Shown in pieces: positions 51,561-60,426 of a DNA stretch of 64,000 nt; the stretch's first letter is position 1, and the number at the start of each line of letters is the position of its first letter. The notes under the pieces were generated by a model. That model was not told the DNA's origin, made no database searches, and saw nothing but the letters and a program-made list of their open reading frames with translations. The position numbers and the translations under genes were made by a program. This DNA is from an uncultured Actinomycetes bacterium. GTDB taxonomy: Bacteria; Actinomycetota; Acidimicrobiia; Acidimicrobiales; CAVRDY01. The stretch spans positions 93,810 to 157,809 of the forward strand of contig CAVRDY010000007.1 in NCBI GenBank assembly GCA_963719935.1, written 5' to 3'.

Positions 51561-52416
51561 ATGCCCATCGACCCCGACGCCGTCGGCGCCCGCAGTGAGC
51601 CCTACCAGCACAGCTGGAACCACAAGGACGCCATCCTCTACGCCCTCGGTGTGGGTGCTGGCACCGACGAGCTGGCCTTCACCACCGAGAACACCATGAA
51701 CGTCGACCAGCAGGTGCTGCCCACGATGGCGGTGGTGCTGGGATCTGGCGGCTTCGGGGCGATGGGACAGGCGGGCTCGTTCAACATGGCGATGCTCGTG
51801 CACGGTGAGCAGGGCATCGAGCTGACCGGGCCCGATCCCCGCCGAGGGGACGGTGACCACCACAGGCGAGATCACCGCCATCTACGACAAGGGCAAGGGG
51901 GCGGTCATCGAGGTGACCTCCGAGTCGGTGCTGGAGGCCAGCGGGGATCCTCTCTTCCGCAACCGGATCCAGGTCTACATCCGCGGCGAGGGTGGCTTCG
52001 GGGGAGAGCGGGGGCCGTCGGGCGCCAAGAACCCGGCCCCCGAACGCGAGCCCGACCACGTGGTGACCTACCAGACCGGCCCCGACCAGGCCCTGCTGTA
52101 CCGGCTCTCGGGTGACCGCAACCCTCTGCACTCCGATCCGGCCTTCGCTCAGATGGCCGGCTTCGACGCGCCCATCCTCCACGGGCTCTGCACCTACGGC
52201 TTCACCGGCCGGGCGCTGTTGCACACGCTCTGCGACGGCGATCCTGGCCGGTTCACCAGCATGGACGGCCGGTTCTCATCGCCGGTGTGGCCCGGCGAGG
52301 CGCTCACGGTGCGTATGTGGGTCGACGGCGGCGAGTGCCTGTTCCAGACCACGGCCTCGGGCAAGGGTGAGGACGGCCGGGTGGTGCTGGAAGGCGGGCG
52401 GGCCACCTTCACCTGA
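51561..52416 (+). CDS. MaoC-type (R)-enoyl-CoA hydratase 2; frameshift near 51830
   Basis: ILYALGVG, LVHGEQ, YRLSGDRNPLHSDP, ILHGLCTYG. Confidence 0.92.
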
Positions 52417-52417
52417 C

Positions 52418-52495
52418 CCGAACCAAGCCGACCAAGCCCCAACCAAGCCCCAACCAAGCCCCAACCAAGCCGCACCAAGCCGAACCAAGCCGAAC
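52418..52495. repeat. About 7.5 copies of a 9-11-nt CC(G/C)AACCAAG minisatellite
   Basis: CCGAACCAAG CCGACCAAG CCCCAACCAAG x3 CCGCACCAAG CCGAACCAAG CCGAAC. Confidence 0.92.
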
Positions 52496-52539
52496 TGGGG
52501 CCTGTTGCGTTGCGGAATCCGCAACGCAACAGGCCCCAG
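52495..52539. repeat. 45-nt perfect palindrome (22-bp arms); REP-like element or bidirectional terminator
   Basis: CTGGGGCCTGTTGCGTTGCGGA-A-TCCGCAACGCAACAGGCCCCAG between convergent genes. Confidence 0.9.
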
Positions 52540-52576
52540 AATGGCTCAGTGGCAGTGGCTGGTTGCGCAGTGGCTG

Positions 52577-53041
52577 TCAGCGACGGTGCTCGCGGATGAA
52601 GTTGATCACGGTCGCGTAGTCGCCGTTGGCGGCCAGGTTCGTGCCCTGGGTGAGCAGCTCGGCCAGCCGGGCTCCCTTCTCGGGGGTGATGCGCCCGTTG
52701 GTGACGGCCGTGTTGATCCGGTCGATCCCCGGAGCGATCACCGCATCCACGACGGTGCTCACCTCGACGCCGTGGGCCTCGGCCACCTGGGCCACGGTCT
52801 GGCCAGAGCGCAGGGCTTCGGCCAGTTCGGGGGCGGGGATGCCGATGGTCGCGGCTGAGGTCCTCACCGCGTAGCGGACCACGGCCCGCACGCGGGGGTT
52901 GTCCTTCGATGAACCTGCTTCGGTCGCCTCCGCAGTGGCCGGCTCGGCCTCTTGGGCTGCCGCCGGCACGATCAGGGCCGCCGAGCCGCCCAGCAGGACC
53001 GCCGAGGCGGTGGCCGAAGCGATGAGCTTGCGCATGTGCAT
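52577..53041 (-). CDS. Secreted helical hypothetical protein
   Basis: Signal peptide MRKLIASATASAVLLGG..PAAA; AATIGIPAPELAEALRSGQTVAQVAEAHGV..AVTNGRIT; RBS GAAGGAG. Confidence 0.8.
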   Translation of the reverse strand: MHMRKLIASATASAVLLGGSAALIVPAAAQEAEPATAEATEAGSSKDNPRVRAVVRYAVRTSAATIGIPAPELAEALRSGQTVAQVAEAHGVEVSTVVDAVIAPGIDRINTAVTNGRITPEKGARLAELLTQGTNLAANGDYATVINFIREHRR

Positions 53042-53131
53042 CGCACTCTCCTTCCCCGTTGGGGGGTTGTTGTTGGGATGCGGAGAGTGTCGGATCCCCA
53101 TGTGAGGGAAGTGTGTGCTCGGCGCGGATGC

Positions 53132-54634
53132 TCAGCCCAGGGCCAGGGCGGCGGCCTCCAGCACGTCGGCCACACAGCTCACCAGGTGCCTGGCGTAGTC
53201 GAGGTGCAGGAACTCGTTGGGTCCGTGGGCGTTGGCCTGGGGACCCAGCACGCCGGTCACCAGGAACTGGGCCTGCGGGAAGCGCTCTCCCAGCATGGCC
53301 ATGAAGGGGATGGTGCCGCCCTCGCCCATGAAGCACGCCTGGCGGTCGAAGTGGGCCTGCGCGCAGGCTTCCAGCGCGGTCGCTAGCCACGGGGCCAAGG
53401 TGGGCGCGTCCCAACCCGGGCCCACCGCCTCGGCCTCGAAGCGCACGACCGCACCCGACGGTGGGTCTGTGGTCAGGGCCTCGGCCAGCTGAGCGGCCAC
53501 CTCATCGGCGTCGGCGCCCGGGGGTGTGCGCACCGAGAGCCGCAGGTCGGTGCCGGGTCGCAGCACGTTGCCGGCCTGGGCGACCGGGGGCAGGCCGTCT
53601 GCCCCGTGCACGGCCAGTGAAGCCCGCCAGGTCCGCGAGAGGACGGCCTCTGTCAGATGCTGTGGGTCGGGAACGGCCGGATCCGCGTCCCCCTCGGCGC
53701 CGGGTGTCGGGCCTGGCGTGGTGCTCTCGGGCCCGTGCACCCAGGGGAAGCGGTCCAGGACCAACCTGCCCAGAACGGCGGCGGCCACGGCCGCCTCGTG
53801 GTGACGGTGCGGGGGCACCTCCACCCGGGCCGCAGGCACTAGCACCTCACCGGTGGCGGCATTCTCCACGCGGTCCAGCAGCAGCCGGGCCAGACGGAAG
53901 GAGTCGGGAACGACTCCGCCGCCGTCACCGGAATGGACGCCTTCCTCGAGCACGTCGACGTGGAGGATCCCCGAGGTAAGGCCACGCAGCGACGTGGTGA
54001 CCCACAGGTGGTCGTAGTCGCCACATCCGGAGTCGAGGCACACCACCAGGTCTGGGGTGCCGATGCGCTCGGACAGGTGGTCGAGGTAGGCGACGAGGTC
54101 GGGGCTGCCGCTCTCCTCGCTGGCCTCGATGAGAACGACGCAGCGCGGATGGGCGGCCCCGCCATCCCGCAGCGCCCGCAGCGCGGTCACTGTCGCGTAG
54201 GCCGCGTAGCCGTCGTCGGCCCCACCCCGGCCGAAGAGGCGACCGTCCCGTACCACCGGCGTGTAGGGACCGAGGCCCTCGTCCCAGCCGTCCATGGGCG
54301 GCTGCTTGTCGAGGTGCCCGTAGCACAGCACCGTGGGTGTGTCCGCTCCGGCGCCCGGCCCGGTAGGCGTCACACCGTTGCCGGGGTGCGCGTCGATCTC
54401 CATGAGCAGAAGGGGGGTGCGCCCGTCCAACTCCACGATCTCGACGGTCAGGCCCTCGGGTCCGTGAAGGCGGCACCAGTCGGCCACGTGCCGGCAGGCC
54501 TCGTGGATGAGCCCGCCCGCCGCCCAGTCGGGGTCGAAGGCGGGGGACTGGTTGGGGATGCGGATGTAGGCCTCGAGGCTGGGTACGGCGTCTGCCGCCC
54601 ACAGTCGTGCCACGTGGACGGGATCGGTGGGCAT
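53132..54634 (-). CDS. M20/M25/M40 family metallopeptidase
   Basis: YGHLDKQP, GRGGADDG, EASEESGS, SLRG, HSG, NAHGPNE. Confidence 0.93.
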   Translation of the reverse strand: MPTDPVHVARLWAADAVPSLEAYIRIPNQSPAFDPDWAAGGLIHEACRHVADWCRLHGPEGLTVEIVELDGRTPLLLMEIDAHPGNGVTPTGPGAGADTPTVLCYGHLDKQPPMDGWDEGLGPYTPVVRDGRLFGRGGADDGYAAYATVTALRALRDGGAAHPRCVVLIEASEESGSPDLVAYLDHLSERIGTPDLVVCLDSGCGDYDHLWVTTSLRGLTSGILHVDVLEEGVHSGDGGGVVPDSFRLARLLLDRVENAATGEVLVPAARVEVPPHRHHEAAVAAAVLGRLVLDRFPWVHGPESTTPGPTPGAEGDADPAVPDPQHLTEAVLSRTWRASLAVHGADGLPPVAQAGNVLRPGTDLRLSVRTPPGADADEVAAQLAEALTTDPPSGAVVRFEAEAVGPGWDAPTLAPWLATALEACAQAHFDRQACFMGEGGTIPFMAMLGERFPQAQFLVTGVLGPQANAHGPNEFLHLDYARHLVSCVADVLEAAALALG

Positions 54635-54667
54635 GGTTACTCCTGTATGCGCGGCGTGTTCGGTCGG

Positions 54668-55327
54668 TCAGAAGAGCCGCAGCTCGTCGGGCGCCAGCCC
54701 CCGCAGGGCGTCGTAGTCGACCTCCACCACTGCGATGCCACGGTCGTCGGCCAGGACCTTGGCCTGGGGGCGCACCTCCTGGGCCACGAAGACGCCTTGC
54801 ACGGGGCAGAGGCGAGGGTCGCGGTCGAGGCGTTCCAGGTAGCGGACCAGTTGCTCGACCCCGGCGATCTCGCCCCGCCGCTTGATCTCCACGGCTACGG
54901 CCCGGCCCTGGTCGTCGCGGCACAACAGGTCGACGGGGCCGATGTCGGTGGGGTACTCGCGCCGCACCAGGCGCAGGCCCAGGGCGATGGCTTCGGGTCG
55001 GGCCGCCAGCAGTTCCTGCAGGTGTGCCTCGACGCCGTCCTTCTCCAACCCGGGATCGATCCCGAGGTCGTGGTGGTGGTCGGCGAGGATCTCGTGCAGG
55101 TGGATGGTCAGCTGCTCACCTTTGGGATTGGTCACCGTCCAGAAGCCGTCCCCCTCCACGAGGGTGTTGGGGGCGTTCATCCAGTTGAGCGGCTTGTAGG
55201 CCAGGGTGTCGGCGTGGATGGCCACGCACCCGTCGGCCTTGACCATGACCAGGCGCACCGCCTCGGGCAGGCGGGCCGCCAGGCGTCCCTTGTAGTCCAC
55301 CGAACAGCGGGCGATCACCAGGCGCAC
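54668..55327 (-). CDS. nucS: Mismatch-specific endonuclease NucS/EndoMS
   Basis: [69 protein letters not shown]. Confidence 0.95.
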   Translation of the reverse strand: MRLVIARCSVDYKGRLAARLPEAVRLVMVKADGCVAIHADTLAYKPLNWMNAPNTLVEGDGFWTVTNPKGEQLTIHLHEILADHHHDLGIDPGLEKDGVEAHLQELLAARPEAIALGLRLVRREYPTDIGPVDLLCRDDQGRAVAVEIKRRGEIAGVEQLVRYLERLDRDPRLCPVQGVFVAQEVRPQAKVLADDRGIAVVEVDYDALRGLAPDELRLF

Positions 55328-55337
55328 GTCCGATCCT

Positions 55338-57026
55338 TCAGCGCCGCCGCCGGTCACGTTGCCGGTCACGTCGCCGGGGTCCACGCCGCTGGTCGCGACG
55401 GTGGTCCTGCATGCGTTCACGGATTACCGCTCTGCGTTCCAGGAGGTCTTCGTAGGTCAAGGACTCGGTGGCGTCGGGGTCGACGCCGAAGCTCGCCTTG
55501 ACCCCGGTGAAGTCGAACTCGAAGGCCTCCTGGTCGAGCCCCATGTCCTCGGCGATGCGCTCGCCGTGCCGCTCGGCGAAGTACATCGAGATCGTGGCGA
55601 TCTCGGCGAACAGGTCGAGTTGGGGAGCCAGGGCGGCGATGGCGCCGTCGAGGAACACCAGGTTCTTCACGTAGAGCATGAGCTCTTTGGGGAAGCGCGC
55701 CCCGATGCCCAGGAGGGCCTTGACGAAGCGCTGGATCTCTTCGGTGATCTCGTCCGCGGTGAGCTGGGTGGGGTCGATCGGGGCCTGGTCCAGATCGAGG
55801 TCGCGGATCATGGCGTCGAGGTCGGTGTCGGGAGGGACGGCCCCCAGATCGCGGAAGGCCTCGAGTTGGGCCCGCAGGTCGTTGGTGGAGGCCCCGATCA
55901 GCAGTCGCAGGAAGGCGAGGCGCTTGGTCTCGTCCAGGCGTCCGGTGATGCCGTAGTCGAGCAGGCCGATGCGGCCGTCGGCCAGCACGAGCAGGTTCCC
56001 GCCGTGCAGGTCTCCGTGGAAGATGCCGTGCAGCATGGCTCCTTCCATGAACCCGATCATGCCGGTGCGCACCACCTCCTCACCGCTGATGCCCGCCGCT
56101 TCGATGCTTTCGACATCGTCGAAGGCGAAGCCCTCCAGCTTCTCCATGACCAGCACCCGGGGGGTGACCAGTTCGGGGTGGGGGCGGGGCACGACATAGC
56201 CCCGCTGGCCCAGGAGCGCGAAGGCCCGGGCCACGTCGAGCATGTTCTCGGCCTCCATGCGGAAGTCGAGCTCCTCGGCGATGGTCTGGCCGAACAGCTC
56301 GACCAGCGCGGGGGGGTTGGCCAGCGCGGTGATCGGGATGCGGCCCACCAGGAAGGGAGCCATCCACGCCAGGATCTTGATGTCCTGGTGTACCAGGGCC
56401 CGCACCGAGGGCCGCTGCACCTTGACCACCACCTGCTCACCGGTGACCAGGGTGGCGTCGTGCACCTGGGCGATGGACGCGGCGGCGATGGGTCGGCGCT
56501 CGAAGCGGGAGAACACCGCCTCGAGGGGTTGGCCGAGATCCTCCTCGACCACGCGGCGCACCGCGGCGAAGGGCTCGGCTGGGACCCGGTCACGGCACAG
56601 GCGGAACTCGTCCACCAGCTCTTCGGGGAAGATGCCCTCGCCCGAGGAGATGATCTGGCCCAACTTGATGTAGGTGGGCCCCAGGTCCTCGGCGGCCTGG
56701 CGGAGCCGTCGCGATATCCCCGCCCGCGACACCGTTCCCCCCTGGGGGCGCTCACGCACGAACCATGTGCCCACCGCACGACCCAGGCGGCCCACCACCC
56801 GCACCACGCGCAGCCCCGGAGGCACCCGTCGTGGCCGGATCAGCTCGGGCACCTGGTGGTGCACGGTCCAGGCCACGGCGGGGACCGCCCGCCGCCACGG
56901 GAGGTGGTGGGGGTCGATGATCCAGGGCCCGTGCTCGGTGAACGAGCCCAGCTCCCAGTCGGGGGGCTTGTCCCCCGCGGCAGGGTCGCCGGATGGCGTG
57001 GCGGCTTCGGGTGTCGTCGTGGTCAT
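55338..57026 (-). CDS. AarF/ABC1/UbiB family atypical kinase
   Basis: [48 protein letters not shown]. Confidence 0.93.
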   Translation of the reverse strand: MTTTTPEAATPSGDPAAGDKPPDWELGSFTEHGPWIIDPHHLPWRRAVPAVAWTVHHQVPELIRPRRVPPGLRVVRVVGRLGRAVGTWFVRERPQGGTVSRAGISRRLRQAAEDLGPTYIKLGQIISSGEGIFPEELVDEFRLCRDRVPAEPFAAVRRVVEEDLGQPLEAVFSRFERRPIAAASIAQVHDATLVTGEQVVVKVQRPSVRALVHQDIKILAWMAPFLVGRIPITALANPPALVELFGQTIAEELDFRMEAENMLDVARAFALLGQRGYVVPRPHPELVTPRVLVMEKLEGFAFDDVESIEAAGISGEEVVRTGMIGFMEGAMLHGIFHGDLHGGNLLVLADGRIGLLDYGITGRLDETKRLAFLRLLIGASTNDLRAQLEAFRDLGAVPPDTDLDAMIRDLDLDQAPIDPTQLTADEITEEIQRFVKALLGIGARFPKELMLYVKNLVFLDGAIAALAPQLDLFAEIATISMYFAERHGERIAEDMGLDQEAFEFDFTGVKASFGVDPDATESLTYEDLLERRAVIRERMQDHRRDQRRGPRRRDRQRDRRRR

Positions 57027-57188
57027 GGTGGCGGGCGGGTACCTGATGGCCCTGGGGCTGCACGGTAGCCAGACCGGTGACCGGACGCGCACTGCGGCCA
57101 GGGACCGGACCAGCGCCGCTCCGCGGCCAAGGCCGGACGCGTACCGCCCGGCGGTCGGTCGGGTGCTCGCCGGGATAGCGTCGGGGCC

Positions 57189-58373
57189 GTGCTCGACGGC
57201 ATCCGGGTGATCGAGTTGGGTGTGTGGGTGGCCGGGCCGTCCGCGGGCGGGTTGCTGGCCGAGTGGGGGGCCGACGTCATCAAGGTGGAGTCCCCCGAGG
57301 GCGATCCCATGCGCCGGATGCTCCAGGTGATCATCGGCCACGGCGAGGCCCAGTCGCCGCCCTTCGACCTGGACAACCGGGGCAAGCGAAGCGTGGTGCT
57401 GGACCTGACCGACCCCCAAGCCCGAGACCAGCTCGACGCGCTAGTCGCCACCGCTGACGTGTTCCTCACGAACCTGCGTCCCGCCGCGGTCGAGCGCCTG
57501 GGCCTGTCCCCCGACGCGTTGCTCGCCCGACAGCCCGACCTCGTCTACGCCACGGTCACCGGGTGGGGTCGGGTGGGTCCCGACGCGGGTCGTCCCGGCT
57601 ATGACGTCGGCGCCTTCTGGGCCCGTTCGGGGATCGCGTCGGCCACCGTGCCGCCCGGCGAGTCGCCACCGGCACTGCGGGGAGGTCTGGGTGACCACGT
57701 CACCGGCATCACCACCGTGGCCGGGATCCTGGCCGCCCTGTGGCACCGCGAGCGCACCGGCGAGGGTCAGGTGGTGGACGTGTCGCTGCTGCGCACCGGC
57801 ATGTACTGCCTGGGGTGGGATCTGGGGCTGGCGCTGCGGTTCGGGAAGGTGGCCCCGACCCTGGCGCGCACCGAGACGGTCAACCCGATGGTGAACCCCT
57901 ACCAGGCTGGCGACGGGCGCTGGTTCTGGTTGCTCGGCGTCGAATCCCAGCGCCACTTCCCCACCTTGTGCACCGCGCTGGGGCGTCCCCAGCTGGCTAC
58001 CGACGAGCGGTTCTCCACCGCCCGGAACCGCCGTCACAACGCCACTGCGCTCATCGCCGAACTGGATGCAGTGTTCGCCACGCGCCCTCGCTCCGAGTGG
58101 GAGGCGTGCTTCGACGAGCACGGGGTGTGGTGGGCACCGGTCAACACGATGGTGGACGCAGTGGCCGACCCCCAGGCGCTGGCCGCGGGGGCGGTGGTCG
58201 AGGTACCCGGCGGTCCCGGTGCGCCCGCTCACCGGGCCGTGGCCTCACCCGTGCGCTTCTCGGCCCACGAGCCGGCACTTGGTCCGGTTCCCGCCCTCGG
58301 CGAGCACACCGCCGAGGTCATCGGAGCCTTGGGCGACGGCGAACCCGACGGGCCCGGCTCGTCGTCGGGGTAG
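57189..58373 (+). CDS. Family III CoA transferase (CaiB/BaiF)
   Basis: VAGP..LAEWGADVIKVE.P.GD, NRGKRS, GYD, P.LGEHT. Confidence 0.95.
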   Translation: MLDGIRVIELGVWVAGPSAGGLLAEWGADVIKVESPEGDPMRRMLQVIIGHGEAQSPPFDLDNRGKRSVVLDLTDPQARDQLDALVATADVFLTNLRPAAVERLGLSPDALLARQPDLVYATVTGWGRVGPDAGRPGYDVGAFWARSGIASATVPPGESPPALRGGLGDHVTGITTVAGILAALWHRERTGEGQVVDVSLLRTGMYCLGWDLGLALRFGKVAPTLARTETVNPMVNPYQAGDGRWFWLLGVESQRHFPTLCTALGRPQLATDERFSTARNRRHNATALIAELDAVFATRPRSEWEACFDEHGVWWAPVNTMVDAVADPQALAAGAVVEVPGGPGAPAHRAVASPVRFSAHEPALGPVPALGEHTAEVIGALGDGEPDGPGSSSG

Positions 58374-58384
58374 CTCGTCGCTGG

Positions 58385-59215
58385 TCAGGTCGCCGGCCCG
58401 TCGCCCCAGCGGGGCGGGCGCTTGTCCATGTAGGCCCGCACCCCTTCGGCGAAGTCCGGGCCGGTCATCATCTCGGCCAGGAGGGACTCCGCCTCGGCCA
58501 CCGAGGACCCCACGTCACGGTGCAGGTCTGTGTAGACCTGGCGCCGGGTGGTGGCCAGGGACGCCGGTGACACGGTTTCGGCGAGGGTCGTGGCGTAGTC
58601 CTGGGCCCGGGCCAGCACCTCGCCGGCGGGCAGCACCTCGTTGACCAGGCCCATGGCGGCGGCTTCCTCGGCCAGCACCACTCGGCTGGACAGGAGCAGG
58701 TCCATGGCTCGGCCCACACCGATCAGGCGGGGCAGCAGCCACGACAACCCGTACTCGGCGGGAAGCCCGAGGCGCCCATGGGAGGTGGTGAGCTTGGCGC
58801 CCGCGGCGGCGAAGCGCAGGTCGGCGAAGCAGGCCAACACCAGACCCACTCCGGCGGCGGGTCCGTTGACCGCGGCGATGACGGGGGTGGTGAGTCCGAA
58901 GTGGTAGGCGAAGGCGTGGTCGAACTCGGGCCGCACGCCATAGCCGGGGTTCGCCGGCGCGGTCCGGAGCCCGTCGTCGTATCCGCCGCGCGCCACGTGG
59001 CCCTCCAGCGCCTGGGTGTCGGCTCCTGCACAGAAGGCCCGGCCCTCACCGGTCACCACCACCACACGCACGGCGTCGTCGTCCTGGGCCCGGGCCAGGA
59101 GAGCGCGGTACTCCTCGTGCATTCGGCCCGTCCAGGCGTTGAGGCGGTGGGGCCGGTTCAGGGTGATGGTGGCCACCGCCCCGTCCACCTCGTAGCGGGT
59201 CACCTTCAGCTCCAC
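58385..59215 (-). CDS. Enoyl-CoA hydratase/isomerase family protein
   Basis: ITLNRPHRLNA, AFCAGAD, AAVNGPAAGVG, DFAEGV.A..KRPP. Confidence 0.93.
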   Translation of the reverse strand: MELKVTRYEVDGAVATITLNRPHRLNAWTGRMHEEYRALLARAQDDDAVRVVVVTGEGRAFCAGADTQALEGHVARGGYDDGLRTAPANPGYGVRPEFDHAFAYHFGLTTPVIAAVNGPAAGVGLVLACFADLRFAAAGAKLTTSHGRLGLPAEYGLSWLLPRLIGVGRAMDLLLSSRVVLAEEAAAMGLVNEVLPAGEVLARAQDYATTLAETVSPASLATTRRQVYTDLHRDVGSSVAEAESLLAEMMTGPDFAEGVRAYMDKRPPRWGDGPAT

Positions 59216-59291
59216 TCCGGTACCTCCGGTCGGGTTGGCGCCCGCACCCCGGACCGGGCCGGCGAAGGGACCTCCGCTGGGATCGGAAGCC

Positions 59292-60059
59292 TCATTCGAC
59301 CCCCAGGTCGGCGATGAGCTCGAGCACCCGGGCGGACCACTCGGGACGGCACACCAACAGGTCGGGCAGGTAGGGGTCCTCCTGGTTGTAGACCAGCGGC
59401 TCGCCTCCGAGCCGGGATGTGTGGCAGCCCGCAGCCGCAGCCACGGCAACCGGAGCGGCCGAGTCCCACTCGTACTGGCCGCCGCCGTGGGCGTAGATGT
59501 CGGCGTGCCCCTGAACGACGGCCATCGCCTTGGCACCCGCCGAACCCATGGGTACCAGTTCGCCACCCAGGGCTTCGGCGAGGGCCGTGGCCACCTTCGG
59601 GGGTCGTGAGCGGCTCACGATCAGGCGGGGTGGACCGTCGTGGGGTGCGGGCAGGGTGGGTGGGTCCATCGTCGAGTGGACGACCCCCTGGGCGGGCAGG
59701 GCCACCGCCCCCACCTCGGCCCGGCCTTCGACCACCAGCGCGACGTGGACCGCCCAGTCGTCGCGGGGCACCTCGGAGAACTCGCGGGTGCCGTCGAGGG
59801 GATCCACGATCCACACGCGTTCGGCGAGGAGGCGGGCCCGGTCGTCGCGCCCCTCTTCGGAGAGCACCGCGTCGCCGGGCGCATCGTGGGCCAGCCGATC
59901 CATCAGCAGCTCGTGGCTGGCCCGGTCACCCGCGGCCTTCAGTTCTTCTGGGGGCGCCCCCCGGGAGGACAGCTCGGCACGGAGGACGACCAGCTTCGCT
60001 CCGGCCTGTGCGGCCAGACGGTGGGCCAGTTCGTGGTCGTGGGGGGTGATGACGGACAC
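59292..60059 (-). CDS. cysQ: 3'(2'),5'-bisphosphate nucleotidase
   Basis: LSEE, WIVDPLDGTREF, GSAGAK, EWDSAAP. Confidence 0.9.
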   Translation of the reverse strand: MSVITPHDHELAHRLAAQAGAKLVVLRAELSSRGAPPEELKAAGDRASHELLMDRLAHDAPGDAVLSEEGRDDRARLLAERVWIVDPLDGTREFSEVPRDDWAVHVALVVEGRAEVGAVALPAQGVVHSTMDPPTLPAPHDGPPRLIVSRSRPPKVATALAEALGGELVPMGSAGAKAMAVVQGHADIYAHGGGQYEWDSAAPVAVAAAAGCHTSRLGGEPLVYNQEDPYLPDLLVCRPEWSARVLELIADLGVE

Positions 60060-60071
60060 CGGGGGGACTCC

Positions 60072-60425
60072 TCAGCTCGGTTGTCGTGGACGGAAGGCGC
60101 CGTGCTCGGCGCGGCGCCCGAGGTGCACCGCGGCCCGCACCAGGTCGCGCACCATTGACTCGTCGGCCCCGGCTTCCACGAGGTCGCGCACCCGCGCCTC
60201 GAGGGCCTGCGCCGCGGCTTCGTCGGTGACGGGCGCTTCGCTGTTAGCGGTCCCCGGTGGAGGGGCAACCGCGGTGACCAGGATCAAGCCGAGCGCGGCC
60301 ACCGCGGTGACGAGGCCGAAGGTCAGGGCCGTGCCGTTGTTGTCGGCGATCGACCCGGCGATCATCCCGGCGATTCCCGCCACGAACACCACGATCACGG
60401 CGCGGCGCACGTTGCGGGGTGACAC
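60072..60425 (-). CDS. Hypothetical membrane protein
   Basis: Two TM helices, then LEARVRDLVEAGADE..VRDLVRAAV; starts 1 nt after the ettA stop. Confidence 0.75.
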   Translation of the reverse strand: MSPRNVRRAVIVVFVAGIAGMIAGSIADNNGTALTFGLVTAVAALGLILVTAVAPPPGTANSEAPVTDEAAAQALEARVRDLVEAGADESMVRDLVRAAVHLGRRAEHGAFRPRQPS

Positions 60426-60426
60426 T

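Noticed and set aside
800-51850. Isolated frameshifts (about 831, 4450, 12460, 14370, 17950, 18260, 21075, 30950, 47870, 51830) as programmed frameshifting or pseudogenes
   Set aside because: No shared slippery motif is evident and both halves keep conserved motifs; sequencing indels are the simpler explanation.
52418-52495. Repeat tract as a CRISPR array or telomere-like repeat
   Set aside because: Units are 9-11 nt, contiguous and without unique spacers, and the tract is internal to the chromosome.
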